Shown here: piece after piece, positions 24,051 to 37,500 of the stretch
How the letters are laid out: each line of letters starts with the position of its first letter
Position numbering within the stretch: position 1 is the stretch's first letter
Origin: Schmidtea polychroa
Lineage: Eukaryota
DNA: 64,000 nucleotides
Assembly: GCA_044892525.1 (NCBI GenBank)
Contig: CM097885.1
Coordinates: 4,030,001-4,094,000 of the forward strand
Reading direction: 5' to 3'
Notes under the pieces: generated by a model
Told to the model about the DNA's origin: nothing
What the model saw: the letters and a program-made list of their open reading frames with translations, nothing else
Databases searched by the model: none
Made by a program: the position numbers and the translations under genes

Positions 24051-24199
24051 AAATAACTGTAAATAAAATTTTAAATAATGATGAGATAAATGATCGGCCT
24101 ATAATTACAAATCACATTAATAATTTTAACCATCGAGATCCCATTGTTATAAATCATAATAATGTTTTTTAATCTGGTTTAAAATTTAAAACAATCCTT

Positions 24200-25290
24200 T
24201 TTCTTGGATCGATAGTAGATAAGGAGGTTGTTTTTGAATTTAAAATAGCTGATAATACATCTCCCGGATTTGGTGGAATTCAATATAAGCATATTGCAAT
24301 TCTTGACCCTGAGGGTAACTTGCTGGTTCTTCTTTACAACAAAATACTAACGAAAAATACTGTACTTGGACGTTTGGAAATCTTTAAAGACTTTGATGAT
24401 TCCTAAACCTGACAAGGGTAATAAATCTACTTTGATTTCTTCTTGGCGCATTATCGCTTTGTTTTCTGTGGTCTATAAGATATTTGCGGCGATTTTAGCT
24501 AGACGTTTTACATTATGGGTAAACCAAAACAATCTACTTCATATCGGATATAAAGGTGATTCTGTGCTGGATGGTTGTGTGGAACACAATTCGATACTTT
24601 CTTCTTGTCTGGAACACTCAAAATATAGTAAATATACACTTATTGCTATTGGGTTTCTTGACATCAAAGATGCTTTTGGTAGTGTACCCCATGATTACTT
24701 ATAAAACATTTTGCGACATATTGGGGTTGGTGAAAAATTCACAAATACTTTAAAACTATTATACACTGATACCAGCTCCTTCTACACTTCTGTTCCGATA
24801 GTAACTCCGAATATTTCAATAAAGCATTTCAGTCAAGCAAGGATGTCCTCTTTCCATGATTTTGTGTGCTATTTCAATTTACCCAGTTTTACAAGCTATT
24901 AGTCTTTTCAATGTTGAACTCCTTCAAAATTGGTGAATCCAATTTCTCTTATATGCTGATAATATCGCTCTTACCGCTAATAATACTCATGAATTGGAAA
25001 ATATCATAAAAGTTGCTTTCGACGTTGCTTGTGAAATTGGATTTGAATAGCGACCTGAAAAATGTGCTTATATCCAGTTGCCAAATATTGACAATGTTAG
25101 CGAAGTGTCAATTGACAATATTAAAATAAAGAAATTATTAATGAAAGAATTTCACCAGTATCTTGGAGTACCAATCGGAGAAGAACTTGACCAAAGTCCT
25201 TATGAAATATTAAATAAAGTAGTCAGTGATACAAAAAAATAGCTGATTCTGACTAGTTTGGCTGGCAAAAACTGAAAGATAATTAGCTAA
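24200..25290 (+). mobile_element. Decayed non-LTR RT (NeSL/Utopia/R4-like)
   Basis: Broken frames: NTSPGFGGIQY..DP, WKSLKTLMIPKPDK..WRIIAL..YKIF, DGCVEH, FLDIKDAFGSVPH, LLYADNI (YADD), HQYLGVP, WQK. Confidence 0.85.
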
Positions 25291-26399
25291 TTAGTTTTTA
25301 ATTAATTTTAGTTTTTAATAATTATTTCCTTCTGGTGACCCTCCCCATTTATTTTATTTTTATTATATTTGAACTCATCTCATTGTTCGTCATCCGCCCA
25401 AATCACTTTCTCCTGGAAAATATCTATTTTTATTTTTTTGGATTTTTAATTATTTTTGTGAATTTGATGTTTTTATTGATTTTCACTGTTTTTGTGTCTA
25501 TTTCATTTAATCCCAATAAAATGTTTTATTAATTTCTGACTTTGATATATATTAACATTTTATTGATTTGCACACGAGTTTAACAGACAAATTATCAACT
25601 TATAGCAGATTCAACATAGAAATACAAGCATTCTATTATATTGTCATTATATTTTGAATTACTTAGCCACTTTATGATCTTGTTGATTATCTCGGTTAGA
25701 GAATTTTAATTTACTGAAATAAGTAATGTAACCAAAGGCTACCAAATAGGTCAATGATTGCCAAGTTTGGTGTGACAAATGGCTGGTCACAGATTCAGCA
25801 CCAGATCTTATTGTTACTATTTTATTGTGAATTTTAATAACACATTTCTGTAATATTTTGCTATAAATTTTATTCACCATTGTTACGTATAAGTAAAATT
25901 AAAAAATAAATTAAAATTGATTTAAAATTAAATTATAAATATATATAAATAAAAAAATTAAATTTAAAAATAAATTTATTAGAATGTAAAATTAATTTAA
26001 TGCGTTTTGCTTAAGAACTAACTCACTTAAAATGTCGGATGTGTAAACGCTGAGGTGGCCTTTTTATGTTGAGATTATACAAAAATATAAATAAATAAAT
26101 GAAAAATTAAAATTGTTAAAAATTAAAGCTAGTTAAATATTCAAAAAATTAAAAATTAATATTTCGAGGGATAAGTGGTAACCGGTGACAAATTAAAAGT
26201 TGAAGAATATAATAATCCATAGATCTTTGGGAAAATCTCGGAGTTGACAAATTGATTAGTTACTTAAATCATTTTGAGGGAATTACCCAAAACAACTGTT
26301 AGTTTGTTCGTTACAGTAGAAGTGACAGATGACATTAACAAACACGATTGAAGACAAATAACTTATAAATAACAGCGACAAATGAAGAAATTGGTCACT

Positions 26400-26560
26400 T
26401 TTGATAAGAAGTGGAGACAAATTAACAAATTACAGACCAATATCACAATGCAGTTTGATCCAAATCACAAATAAATTATTGAACACATTAAAACGTCATT
26501 ATGAATTCATCATAAGAAACCAGCTTCGAGGGAAAAATACAGATCGTAATATACAATATC
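26400..26560 (+). mobile_element. Short CR1/L2-like RT fragment
   Basis: SGDKLTNYRPISQCS..NKLL..NQLRGKNT matches the NYRPISL..K..QxGFR segment. Confidence 0.45.
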
Positions 26561-28385
26561 ATATGAAGAATGTTACTCCCATAAACAGGCGCGTACGCAG
26601 GATGAATCCATGGGGGGGGGTTCAGAAAACATATTTTGTATATGTATTTTTATTTTTTCACGTAATAGCTAGCACTATTTACCAAATTATATTCAAATTA
26701 TATTTCACTTTATTTCAATATGAAAACAATTACCTATAGGTATATTTTTCTCTCAACTTTTTTATAGAAAATTGTAAAGAAAATTAAATAAAAATTTATT
26801 AAGAAATATGAATAATAATTATACATTATAAGAAAAATTAATATAAAAGTTTTATTAGAAAAAAAGTAATATACTATATACATATTAAAAATTATATAAG
26901 AAAAATTAATAAAAAATTAATAAAAAATTAAGCAAGAAAAATTAATAGAAAATTATACATATGATGAATATCTTTGTATAAGAAAACTCAATACATATAT
27001 TAAAAATTTTGTATTGTTTTCTTATAAAATAGAATAAAAATTGCATATTTATGGGCCATAAAATTATGATAGTATTAAAAGATTTTTATTCAATAATGTT
27101 CCACCCACAACTTCTGTGATAGACCGTTCAACTTTTTAACTTAAAAACTATAAAAATAGGAATAGAACAATAGAACAACCAATAGCAAATAATAATCCTT
27201 AATATTCAAAATGAAAACAACATCAAATTCTATATAAATCAGTATTTCCCCAGTCAAACCATCCACAATAGTAACTCATAAAAACTTGCAAATTCAGCAA
27301 TTGATATTGCAACATAAATTAGAGTGTACAAATTACATAGCAAGATCAAGATTCTGCAGTCAGAACAAAACATTACTATAAAGGTAATAACATCTAGTTT
27401 CGTAAAAAGTGATTGTTATTGTTATGTGTAATATAAATAAAACCTTTCGTAATTAAGATTTTGTTTTATTCATTTATATAAGATTACCAAGTTCAGATAT
27501 CCAAAAATCGAAATTTACAGAACGCTTATTTATGAATGAAATTGGTAGGATTCCAATAATCCCTCACAGAAGATTGAAAATAACGGTCAACCAATGCGCT
27601 AAAATTGCCCAAAATCCCAAAAAGAATTAAAATAGCGGTTACCTAATATTGGGTAAATGCAGATAATGCACAAGGGATGAAATTATATCGGATAATGCCT
27701 TTCAGAAAAGTATAAAAAGAAAAGCTGAATGAGACGAGGTGCCAGTTGGTCGAAGAAACAAAATCAGTGAGGCGTTTATGAAATCCAAGAGAACCAAAGA
27801 AAGAGACTAATTCAAGTAAAGCTAAAGAGAATTATAAATTATCGTACCAGAAAAGCTGATTACCCTTTGGCTACCGTACGATAACGATTGTCTACAAAAG
27901 TAAGGTGACTAATTGAGTGACTAATTGTAATTGTGATAAAGTTGTTTTGTGTTGGGTTTTAGTTATTTGATTGGAAAAAGACAAGAGGAGTCAGAAACTA
28001 ACCGACTTGTTAAATAATTACCCAACATACATTTCCCCAATAATCATGTTATTCATTTAATTATTATTGGATTTCATTATTAAAAGATCTTCAGCATTAT
28101 ATTGGAATTTTCGTATTTACTGAAATGTAGTACACGAACCCTTGACCAAGCGTGATTGGTTGAAATATTAAATCGGGGTCATTGAAGTCCCGCTTGTTCC
28201 AAACTATTTCCTTCACCACTAATAATAAGCTATTTCTTTCTTGAGTTATGCCTGGAAGATGGGGGAGGTGATTCAGAGGTCATTTTGTTTATGTACTGCC
28301 TACTAATGTCAACATTTTGTATGTGAAAAATAATTTGATTATTGATATTATTATTTATTAATCTTTCATCATTCAATAATTAATC

Positions 28386-29807
28386 ATGTTTCCCGATCAC
28401 TGGACCTATAGACCTAGTGAAAGAATGAAGATAGTTGACCCTAAGGTCACTAAAAATATTGAAGATTTCAAGAATAGAAGTGAAATGAAAAATTACAGCA
28501 ACAAAATAATTCGAGAGATTCGAAGCACAAATATTCTTCTACAAATTAATCTGGAAGAACGAAGAAATAGGTTGCGTAATTTATTGGACGAGGAAGATCG
28601 AGCCATTACCGAAGAACATACCACAAGAATAGAGACTATTGACAGAAGAAGAGACCGATTAAAAGAATATGCAATGAGAATTCGCTATCAGAAAGAAATA
28701 GAAAGAAAAGCAGAAGCGAATGAGAAATATTTTCAGCGAGACAGATTAAACGACAACGAGATCCGAACAGCCCAAAGAGACATTCATTTCCTTGAAATTA
28801 TGAAAGACTGGGAGAAATTAAAGGATATCAAAGAAAGAATTCGTAGAGAAGAAAAGTGCGAATCAGATTTCTGGGCAGCGAAGATGAAAGAACAGAGAAA
28901 CAAATTGCTTGAAAGAGAAAATATGGAAGCTGCAAAATTGAAAATACGAAATGATGAGATAATGAATCAAATCAAGGAAAGAGAATACCAAAGAACTCTT
29001 GACAGAGAGAAGCAATTAGAACAGATACAATTTAACTTTGAAAATGCCAAAGAACTTCAAAGTCAATTGGAGCAAGAAAAGATTGATAGAAAAACAAACG
29101 ATAAAGAAATGAAACAAAATTTTCGGAAATCTTTAGATAGACATATTCTACTGAAGAACCGCAGATTGGAAGAAGACAAGAATAGAGAAGATTCATTCGA
29201 TGCTATCATGATGGATGAGAATTCACTCAAAATGAAGGAAAATAACTATGACGCCTACAAGAAGAAGCGAGAGACTCTCAAGCATCTGCAAAATTATATC
29301 GATAGACAAAATTGTATCAAAGAAGAGAAAGAAGCCGACAATAAATTAATTGACCAAATGGTAAGAAAAGCAGATATAGAAAACAATAAAAAGTTCAAGG
29401 AGCTTCAGTACCTACAAAGAAAGAAATATGCAGATCTCATAAAATCTATGAATCAGTCTCATGAGGATCATTTGGCGAGAATCGAAGAAAAGAAAGTTGA
29501 GAAAGCCATTGAAATTCAAAAGGAAAAAGACGCAATGAACGAATTCATCAAAATTGAAATGGAAAAAGAAATTAAGGAGAAAGAAAAAGAAAAAGAAAAG
29601 ATTAGTATTTATATTGACGCTTTGAGCGATCAAATCAAATTTAACAGCCACGTTGGTGATATAAGGAAGCAAGAAAAGATACGTGAGTTGAACGCAATGA
29701 AAGAAGCCGAAGAAATTTATCTGAAGAATCTTCAAGAAATAAGAGATAAAGAAGAGTTATTATTTGTGCACCCTTGGCGGTCCAAGGTTCCTGGGGGAAA
29801 GTTCTGA
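28386..29807 (+). CDS. CFAP53 (CCDC11)-like coiled-coil ciliary protein, single exon, 473 aa
   Basis: Long E/K/R-rich coiled coil with LEERRNRLRNLLDEED, ETIDRRRDRLKEYA and a C-terminal HPWR, recognised from memory as CFAP53/trichohyalin-plectin-homology family features. Confidence 0.7.
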   Translation: MFPDHWTYRPSERMKIVDPKVTKNIEDFKNRSEMKNYSNKIIREIRSTNILLQINLEERRNRLRNLLDEEDRAITEEHTTRIETIDRRRDRLKEYAMRIRYQKEIERKAEANEKYFQRDRLNDNEIRTAQRDIHFLEIMKDWEKLKDIKERIRREEKCESDFWAAKMKEQRNKLLERENMEAAKLKIRNDEIMNQIKEREYQRTLDREKQLEQIQFNFENAKELQSQLEQEKIDRKTNDKEMKQNFRKSLDRHILLKNRRLEEDKNREDSFDAIMMDENSLKMKENNYDAYKKKRETLKHLQNYIDRQNCIKEEKEADNKLIDQMVRKADIENNKKFKELQYLQRKKYADLIKSMNQSHEDHLARIEEKKVEKAIEIQKEKDAMNEFIKIEMEKEIKEKEKEKEKISIYIDALSDQIKFNSHVGDIRKQEKIRELNAMKEAEEIYLKNLQEIRDKEELLFVHPWRSKVPGGKF

Positions 29808-31263
29808 GTATGCTTTTTATCAGGGGAGGGGCTTGATTTTGTGGTTGTTACAAATTGCATTTCTGTATAATTCAATGACAGATTCACGATTCAATAAATA
29901 ATTTTTCAATTAATTATTAATTCAATGCTAAGAATTGCCGTTTTTTTAATAGTGAGCCTATTTTATAACTTTTGAAAGATGATCTTATTGCCCTCTCATT
30001 TGGTTCCTATAAATACAATACAAATTGAGGCAAAATATGAGAACAATATTTAGAGGTAAGCTCAATGATGGTGACGTTTCTGATACTCGAAAGCTTCGAT
30101 TGCCCTTTTATTTTTGAAAAATACTGATACTAGATTAATTCTCATAGCAAATTAAGAATTCAGTGCTGTCTACTAAGTAAACTGTCCTTCCTACACCTTT
30201 CCTTCCTGATCATCAAGCACACGACAATACATCATTGAATTGTTGGGTTATTGAGTTGGTGATAAAATTTAATGTTACTCTGACTCCAAGCGTGTCTTTA
30301 TATAATTCACAAATAACACTTGACAACAGAAATCTTTATTGATAATCACAAATAAACTTTCACTTGACACTGACGATGAATTCAACACTCTACTTGGTGA
30401 CTATACAATGCTTATTACAACACTCGGTGAGGAATAGCACTTGTGTATAACACCGGATTAAAAGATCACAAATTACTGATTGGTTTCTAAACTGGGATTT
30501 TGAGCTGGTTGCTTTCTTTGACTTTCGTTCAAACTTTATTCAAATAATCAATAACTTCTTTTCGTTTTATTATTCAGCTAATTCTTCTCTTCAACTCTTC
30601 TCCAATAATTATTTTCCACAATTATTTCCTTTACAATTATTTTGATAATCGTTTATTCAACAAACTTTCGTCCAACGTCTAATTTTCTTCAATAATTCTA
30701 TTTCTCTCAAATCGTTTCTCAAATTGTCTTCCAAATCGTCTCTCAAATCGTTTCTCCCTTTGTTCTCCTTTGGTTCTCTTTGGTTCTAATTTCATATTCA
30801 CCAGTTTTCCCTTATATAGTTTGCTTCTCTTGTGGCACTTCAGATAATCGAGTGTTTTTCCACTTTCCATCTCCTGCTTTTCCCGACTGTCCCATTTTTA
30901 TCTCTGACAGCTGTCAAGTTGTTTTTCCCTTTTTTCTTTCTTGTTCGACCGCTTTCTACCATCAATTCTATTATCACTGGCAAGCTGTCGAGATAAGGAT
31001 ATTGTTGTTTTCCTTTTTCCCTGATTTCAAAATTCCTTTTCCTTTTTGTACTAATTAATTAGTACTGACCTTGATTTTATTTTTCTGTTTGATAACTTTA
31101 TTTCCTTTCTCTTTCTCATTTTTGATTTCTTTTCACTTCCGTTTTCTTTTCTGAGTCTCTATAGATCGTCCGGTTTGTCATGGCGATCTTCCCCCAGGTA
31201 ATTTTATTTATTTCTTTATGAATTATTATTTAGGTATCCTCAACAGAATTATAGTAGTGCGTA

Positions 31264-32123
31264 CACCAAACACCACTCGAGATACGTTCTCTATAGTGGT
31301 GGTTGGCCTGTAAATTCACTCACCAATTTATTTACCAATTGTTATTGGTTGTAATTGTAAATCATCTTTATCAATTTATCATGTCTCATCATTTATATAT
31401 TTTTGGAAATTTATTTTAGACATTTTACAAATGGCTTTCAAGTAATATTTTTTATTTTAAGTAAATTTTAAGAATTGAATTCTGATCCATATGAGATATG
31501 AGATCATTATTCAAGTTCTTAAATATTACTTTTAATCAACTGCATAACTATAAATTATTTTTAATTAATTTTCAGGGTTTTTTTAGGAATTTTATGAGAT
31601 TTACCCTTATTTATTTTGGAATTATTTCGGTAAAATGTGAGTCCGATATATTTTTAATTATAATTAATGAAATAAATAAAACAATCGCCTAAAATATGTA
31701 TTTTTTTAAAGCATTTTGGGGGAAATCGATATGAGAAGCTTCTTTCAGTAAATCAAATCTGGATTGAAAAGATATTGAACCAAATTCATCTGCTCTTGAT
31801 ATTTTCATTAAAAATATAATTTTAAAAATTTTCAACGATCTTTTTTTTCTAAAAATTGTCTAAAATAACGTTTATTATAGAAAAGTATCTCATTGTTACA
31901 TTTCTACGAATCAAAAGTTTGTATGTGTTTTTTTAGTATGTGTTGCGTTTGTGTGCAGTTTTTAATTTTTCTTCCACTTTTCAGTTTTCTATAATATAAG
32001 ATGTATCTCACTGAGCTATAAATTAGAACATAAACGTGAAATCAAAGTATGTATGTTTCTATAATGTAAGATTATTGATTTTTTTGTTATATTATAGGAA
32101 ACGGTTCTCAGTGGTGTTTGGTG
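31264..32123. mobile_element. TA-flanked MITE, family X copy 2 (860 bp)
   Basis: TIRs CACCAAACACCACTCGAGATACGTTCTCTATAG and ATAGGAAACGGTTCTCAGTGGTGTTTGGTG, with TA on both sides. Confidence 0.7.
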
Positions 32124-32437
32124 TATCAACCAATCAGCCACTCTCAGTATTTTGCTGACAATGTTCATATTTGTCCACTGTTTGGAATAACTATACTGAG
32201 TTGCTGTCTATTGACTGAGCATTACTGTTGCAGTTGTATGTTTGTTTAATTATTTGAGGCTTTTTTTCTATTACATCAATACCTCACTATACGGCATTTC
32301 GCTAAAACGGCACTCTTCAATTAAGACACGTTTTCGATTTACGGCCTAAAATGTTTCGCTATAACGGCAAAATATATCGATATATCTACATGTTGCCAAT
32401 CTTACGCAAGTGCAACCTCGATGCACACTCTTCTCTA

Positions 32438-32840
32438 CACCAAAAACCACAACGATACGTTTCCTATAATATAAGAATAAAATAAATAATCTTAAATTAT
32501 AGAAGCATACATACTTACTTTAATTTTACGCTGATTTTCTCATTTATAGTGCAATGAAATACATTTTACACTACAGAAATCTAAAAAGTAATAAAAAAAA
32601 TTAAATACTGCACACAAACACAACATCTAATAAAATACATACAAACTTTCGATTCATAGAAATGCACCGCTGAGATACGTTGCTGTAATAACTTTATTTT
32701 AGACAATTTTCAGAAAAAAAAGATCGCTGAAAATTTTTTAAAATATATTTAAATGAAAATGTCAAGAGCAGATGAATTTGGTTCAATGTCTTTTCAATCC
32801 AGATTTCATTTCCTGAAAGAAGCCCCTCATATTGAGCTTA
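32438..32840. mobile_element. TA-flanked MITE, family X copy 3 (truncated, inverted relative to copy 2)
   Basis: Starts TA|CACCAAAAACCAC..GATACGTTTCCTATA. It is the reverse complement of about 31728-32105. Confidence 0.65.
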
Positions 32841-33257
32841 GAAAAAAAATTACAAAATTAAAAAAAATTATTTTATTCATATTCTTGCGATTTGGATTTG
32901 TATTAGAATAATTGATTCCTTATACGGATTTTCGCTTTGCGGCCAAGTTTCGTGGAACATATCTAAGTCGTAAAGCGAGGTATGGGTGTATAATTAATTC
33001 CAAAATAAAAATTTAATGTATTTAATGTTTTAATATGATGGTACAGTTGTTATAATCTTGTTGGAAGCTGATTGAAGGTGATACAAAGTTGCGAACCGAA
33101 CCTTTCTGGATATTAATTTTTATTTGTTGGTGAGTAAATTGTTATAACTGTTATTATATATTTTATCAGTTTCGATTGAAAATAACTAAATATACTGATA
33201 TTACTGAAGTATAGATAAAAGATAGATGGATATATAAATATTAATACACATGACAGT

Positions 33258-33594
33258 CAGTGGCGGAACTTCAAAATTTGGGCCCCCCGCGCAATGTAAA
33301 ATAATTTCACAATAATTCTTTTAACAAAAACAAGTTAGATATTTATTTCATATATCATAAAAATGGACCCTAAATATTAAAATCTTTCCTCCTTCCTTTC
33401 ATATTGGCAAAATCAGTAATGGATAAAGTTTAATACATAGTTATTCACAGCAGCCGCTATTCAATGATAGTTTTATGTTTGTAGGCAAATATAACTAAGG
33501 GAAAAAAGTTTCAGAAAATGATTGTAAATATTTTTTTATTAATAATTTTGGGCCCCCGCAACGCAGGGTCCTGCGTCCACTAGTTACGCCACTG
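33258..33594. mobile_element. Non-autonomous hAT MITE (337 bp) with 8-bp TSD
   Basis: TIRs CAGTGGCGGAAC and GTTACGCCACTG. Perfect TSD ATGACAGT at 33250-33257 and 33595-33602. Confidence 0.9.
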
Positions 33595-34501
33595 ATGACA
33601 GTTTTGTTTTGCCCGACCCGTCTGGAATACTCTATGAAATGTATATATGAAATGTAGAATACTCTATGAATACTCTATGAATGCGATTTCATTTTTTTCT
33701 CAATTTCACTTGTGTAGGAAAATGTTATCGAGAAATAATACTTAGGAATTTTTCATTGAAAATTAATAAAAAAAAATTTGAAGTTTTTTAATATCAGTAG
33801 ATGGATATGTCCCATCCATACCACTACCCCCCCCCCCCTGGAGAAAGATTTCTTTTTAAAATAATATAAAAAATTCAAGTTAAATTGAAATTTAAAAATT
33901 GTTTTCATACAAAAATCAAAAGAAATATTAACATCATCTCAAATAATAAATATACAATGTTAAATTCATTCAATACTGATTGATTGAGTCCTCTATGCCA
34001 GTTCTTAACTATTACCGATTTTTGTTTTTCTGACTTTTCACTTTTAGGTAGAATTATTGATAATCGGCAAGTTCACAATTTTGTCAATTTTATTTTCTAA
34101 AATGTACTAAATGCTTTGATTAGTCTTCCACCCCTAAACTCATGTCCTGCGATCGATTTGCATGTCAGAACCGCCGCTGTCCTTCACCAGAGTTTCCTTT
34201 GGCATCAACCTACACAGGCATAGTTCACGATTTTTCGGGTCTCTACATGTTTCGATAAAACTTCGCTTAGATGCTATCACATTTAGACGGGTTAATGTTG
34301 CCCTCTGTGTCATCACGAGGTCACATAGATTATTTGAAAAGAAATATAAAATCACGAAAAGCCAAGATAAAAATAAATGTATTATGCTATTAATACACGA
34401 TAATGTTACATATAAATCTTGTCAAACTGAAAGCAATCTAGTTTGTCTAAATCACTTTAAGTTCATCTTGAAATATTTCTAAAAAATAATATTCTCTAGA
34501 A

Positions 34502-37500
34502 CTAAGAAACGATGGGAATCCCAGTGCCCCTACTACCTTTGACGAAATGTAGATGACCATCATTATCCTCTCCATTATAACAATATCCATCTGGACTAAT
34601 TGAACGAGGATTTGTGGACAGCGACGCGGCCGGACAAACATGTGGACATTTTGCAACATAATCAGTGCGATGGGTCGTCTGACCATCAAATGGCAACTTT
34701 TCCATTGCAGTCATAGGTGGCTTGCATGACTGTGGCTTATCAATGCTATGAGCGACATAGGACGTCTGAATAATAATTATTCCTTCAAAGTTGCATCGAT
34801 GAGTTTCGAAATAATTGGAAACGGTTCCCATTCAAAGTTAAGAAAAGGCAATGACACGAATGAGGGTTTCAGAATCATATACTATAAGAGGCATCCAATA
34901 CTAACACGGGAATACAGTGAGAGATCTAGTATAGGGCGGCAGTGATATCACAAAGATGATGATTATATTTCTGAATGATAATACCCTATCTAGTAAGCCT
35001 CTAGTAATGTCATGCCATTTCAACGGTCAGCTTTGTTCTGACAGCCTTCAGAAACAAATAAATTGTTGATTAAACAATATTTTTAGCGCTGAAAAACCAT
35101 CGGGCAAATCGATGACAAGTTGAAGAAATATTACGGAAACTCTGCTCCATCACGTTTATGGTCCCTAAATGGTTGAGTTTCGATGTAGTCGAGGTGCTAC
35201 TCTCTCTGGTCAATCGCAGAGTAAAGGTCAACGAGAGTTTTCAGATGATAAACATCTTGGCGAATCTTACACCAAGCAGTGGGGATGGGAAAGCTTTTAT
35301 TCATTCACTTTTGCAACATTCGCAATGGTTGATTTGCGGTACTAGTTATTGATGCATCCACCTTATCCTTCTGATTTGGGTCTCTGTGACCTCTTTCTCT
35401 GACAAAACTATGAAATATGGCTAGTTGGGAAGAAATTTCAAATGAAGAGGTCAAAGCCACAACAGAGGACAAGTTAAAAAATGTATCAATCTAAAGGCGG
35501 GAACTTTGTAGAAAAATAAATAAAGATTTAATCAAAAATAAATTATTTTCTATGAAAGTGTCTTATTCAGAACTTCAGCCTCATAGGTAACGCTGAAATG
35601 TGCAATGAAAATAAATACAGAAATCAAATTAAAACCGAAGTGCAAAATTAATTAAAAATTTAAAGAAATCTAAAAAATCAATAAAATTATGAAAATAATG
35701 TCAAAGCATTTAGCAAATAAAATAGTCAAAACGAATCCCACGGCCTTAAAATCAATATGGAGACCCTCTAGGATTCAGTTGCAAATACAAACTTATTTAT
35801 TAAATAAAATGGTAAATATTTATGTTTATTGATTTAGAGATTTTGCGCAACATGAGAAGGGATGGCTGGGTTACAGCAATGATATGGACTGACATCTTTT
35901 TATTGTTAATTACGTATATTATTTTTTGAATATTTTCTTAGTGTACAATAATTTGAGGTAGACATTATTTAACCCCTAGATCTATTGCAATTAAAAAGCC
36001 CACTGGTGGTCACCCGATCCCAATATGTAAATTTACTCTTTTGCGGAGTGACCCACCGGTGGACATGCGGCCTTTAACGTGTTAAGGTGATGTAGAACAA
36101 AGACCAAGAGTCAAACCACAAAGTATAATGCAGCATTTTGAAGCCTGACTCACTCTCTATAAAACGATGACTCGCCATAATGAGTCATTGCTTCACGGAT
36201 GACTGATTTCCTTCGCCAGCCAAAGCACATACATATCCCTACTACTAATTATCGAGATTTCAAATTTTCAGATAAAGATTGGAATAGAATGAAAGCATCA
36301 TCCTTTATAAAAGAAAGGTTGCCATTGGTAGATTTTGTGTAAAAATTATCATTTGTTGTGCTGTGTTATGGAATGAAGAACGCGACTAGCCAAATTATAG
36401 CTCTGAACCTACCGAAATCCAACAATGATGTATCATGGCAAAATATCTCACAAACTGAATCCTGTAATGCTTCCATAAGCTCCTGAATATTTAATCTGCA
36501 TCCCATATCCTAAAGTCAAAATCCTAGCGTTACCATTCCAATGCGCTAGAATGAGACTTGAAATTATAATTCTGAATCTAGTTCTGGATCAAGAGTTTTG
36601 AAGAAAGGAGGTTCAGCTAAAATAATGAATAAAAATATTTACCCCGCTTGTGGTTTGGCCATCAAACGGTGCGGTAAGCGGAGTGTATTTCTCTCTGTGC
36701 TGCACAATGTTTGGCGGCTGGTTCCAATTCTGATAAGTCTGTCTGTAGCTAGTTTCAGAGCTGAACGGTTCAGAGTTGCCAGGAGTGATTGGAGGCCTTA
36801 TGGGCATGGATTTGCAGTTGGGTTGCTAGCAAAAATCACTGTAGACCAATAACACATATTGTCAATAGCTTACATTGATGAAATTATCGTTGTAAGTTGT
36901 TCTCATGTCCATCTGACCTTCAGGTTTCACATATTTTTCATGTTCAAATTTCTCTGGGATTTGAGCAGGATGAGCGACATAATCCGTGCGGTTTGTGGTG
37001 TTAGATGTAAAAGGTTTATCACATTCGACCCGATGTCCAGGAGGTTTTAGCATTTGAGCTTTACAGTTTTCCATAGGCACAAAATCTTGTCTATTTGTTG
37101 TCATGCTATCAAACGGCTCGTCTGATTTTACATACGGAATCTTTTCAGCTATTTGTCGGGGCTCAACATTATGTTGCACATAACTGTGCCGCTGTTCAGA
37201 CACGCTATTAAAGGGGGCATCTGATTTTAAAGAAGTGACTGGTGGCTTGCAACTACTCATTTTTGCTTGGTCATATGGGATAAAATCACTTCTATAGGTG
37301 TTTGTAGCATCAAAAGGCTCGGTTGGTGCTTTATACTGTTCTCTCGATCTCAATTCTGGTGGACAGACATCATGGGCCACATATGTCGCTAGATTAAATG
37401 TCAATAAGAGGATCAAATATTTAGGAATGAAAGAATATATAAAAGCCACAGAGAAAGAATGAATAAGACAAAGAATCCATATACTATACCCTCACAATGA

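Noticed and set aside
29412-29735. Phe/Leu-rich minus-strand ORF
   Set aside because: Antisense shadow of the E/K-rich CFAP53-like coding strand.
31728-32838. A single mariner-like element with 380-bp TIRs
   Set aside because: Better explained as two inverted copies of MITE family X, whose true termini lie at the inner ends.
34140-34482. ORFs just downstream of the SAXO stop
   Set aside because: No recognisable domain on either strand; an alternative last exon cannot be supported.
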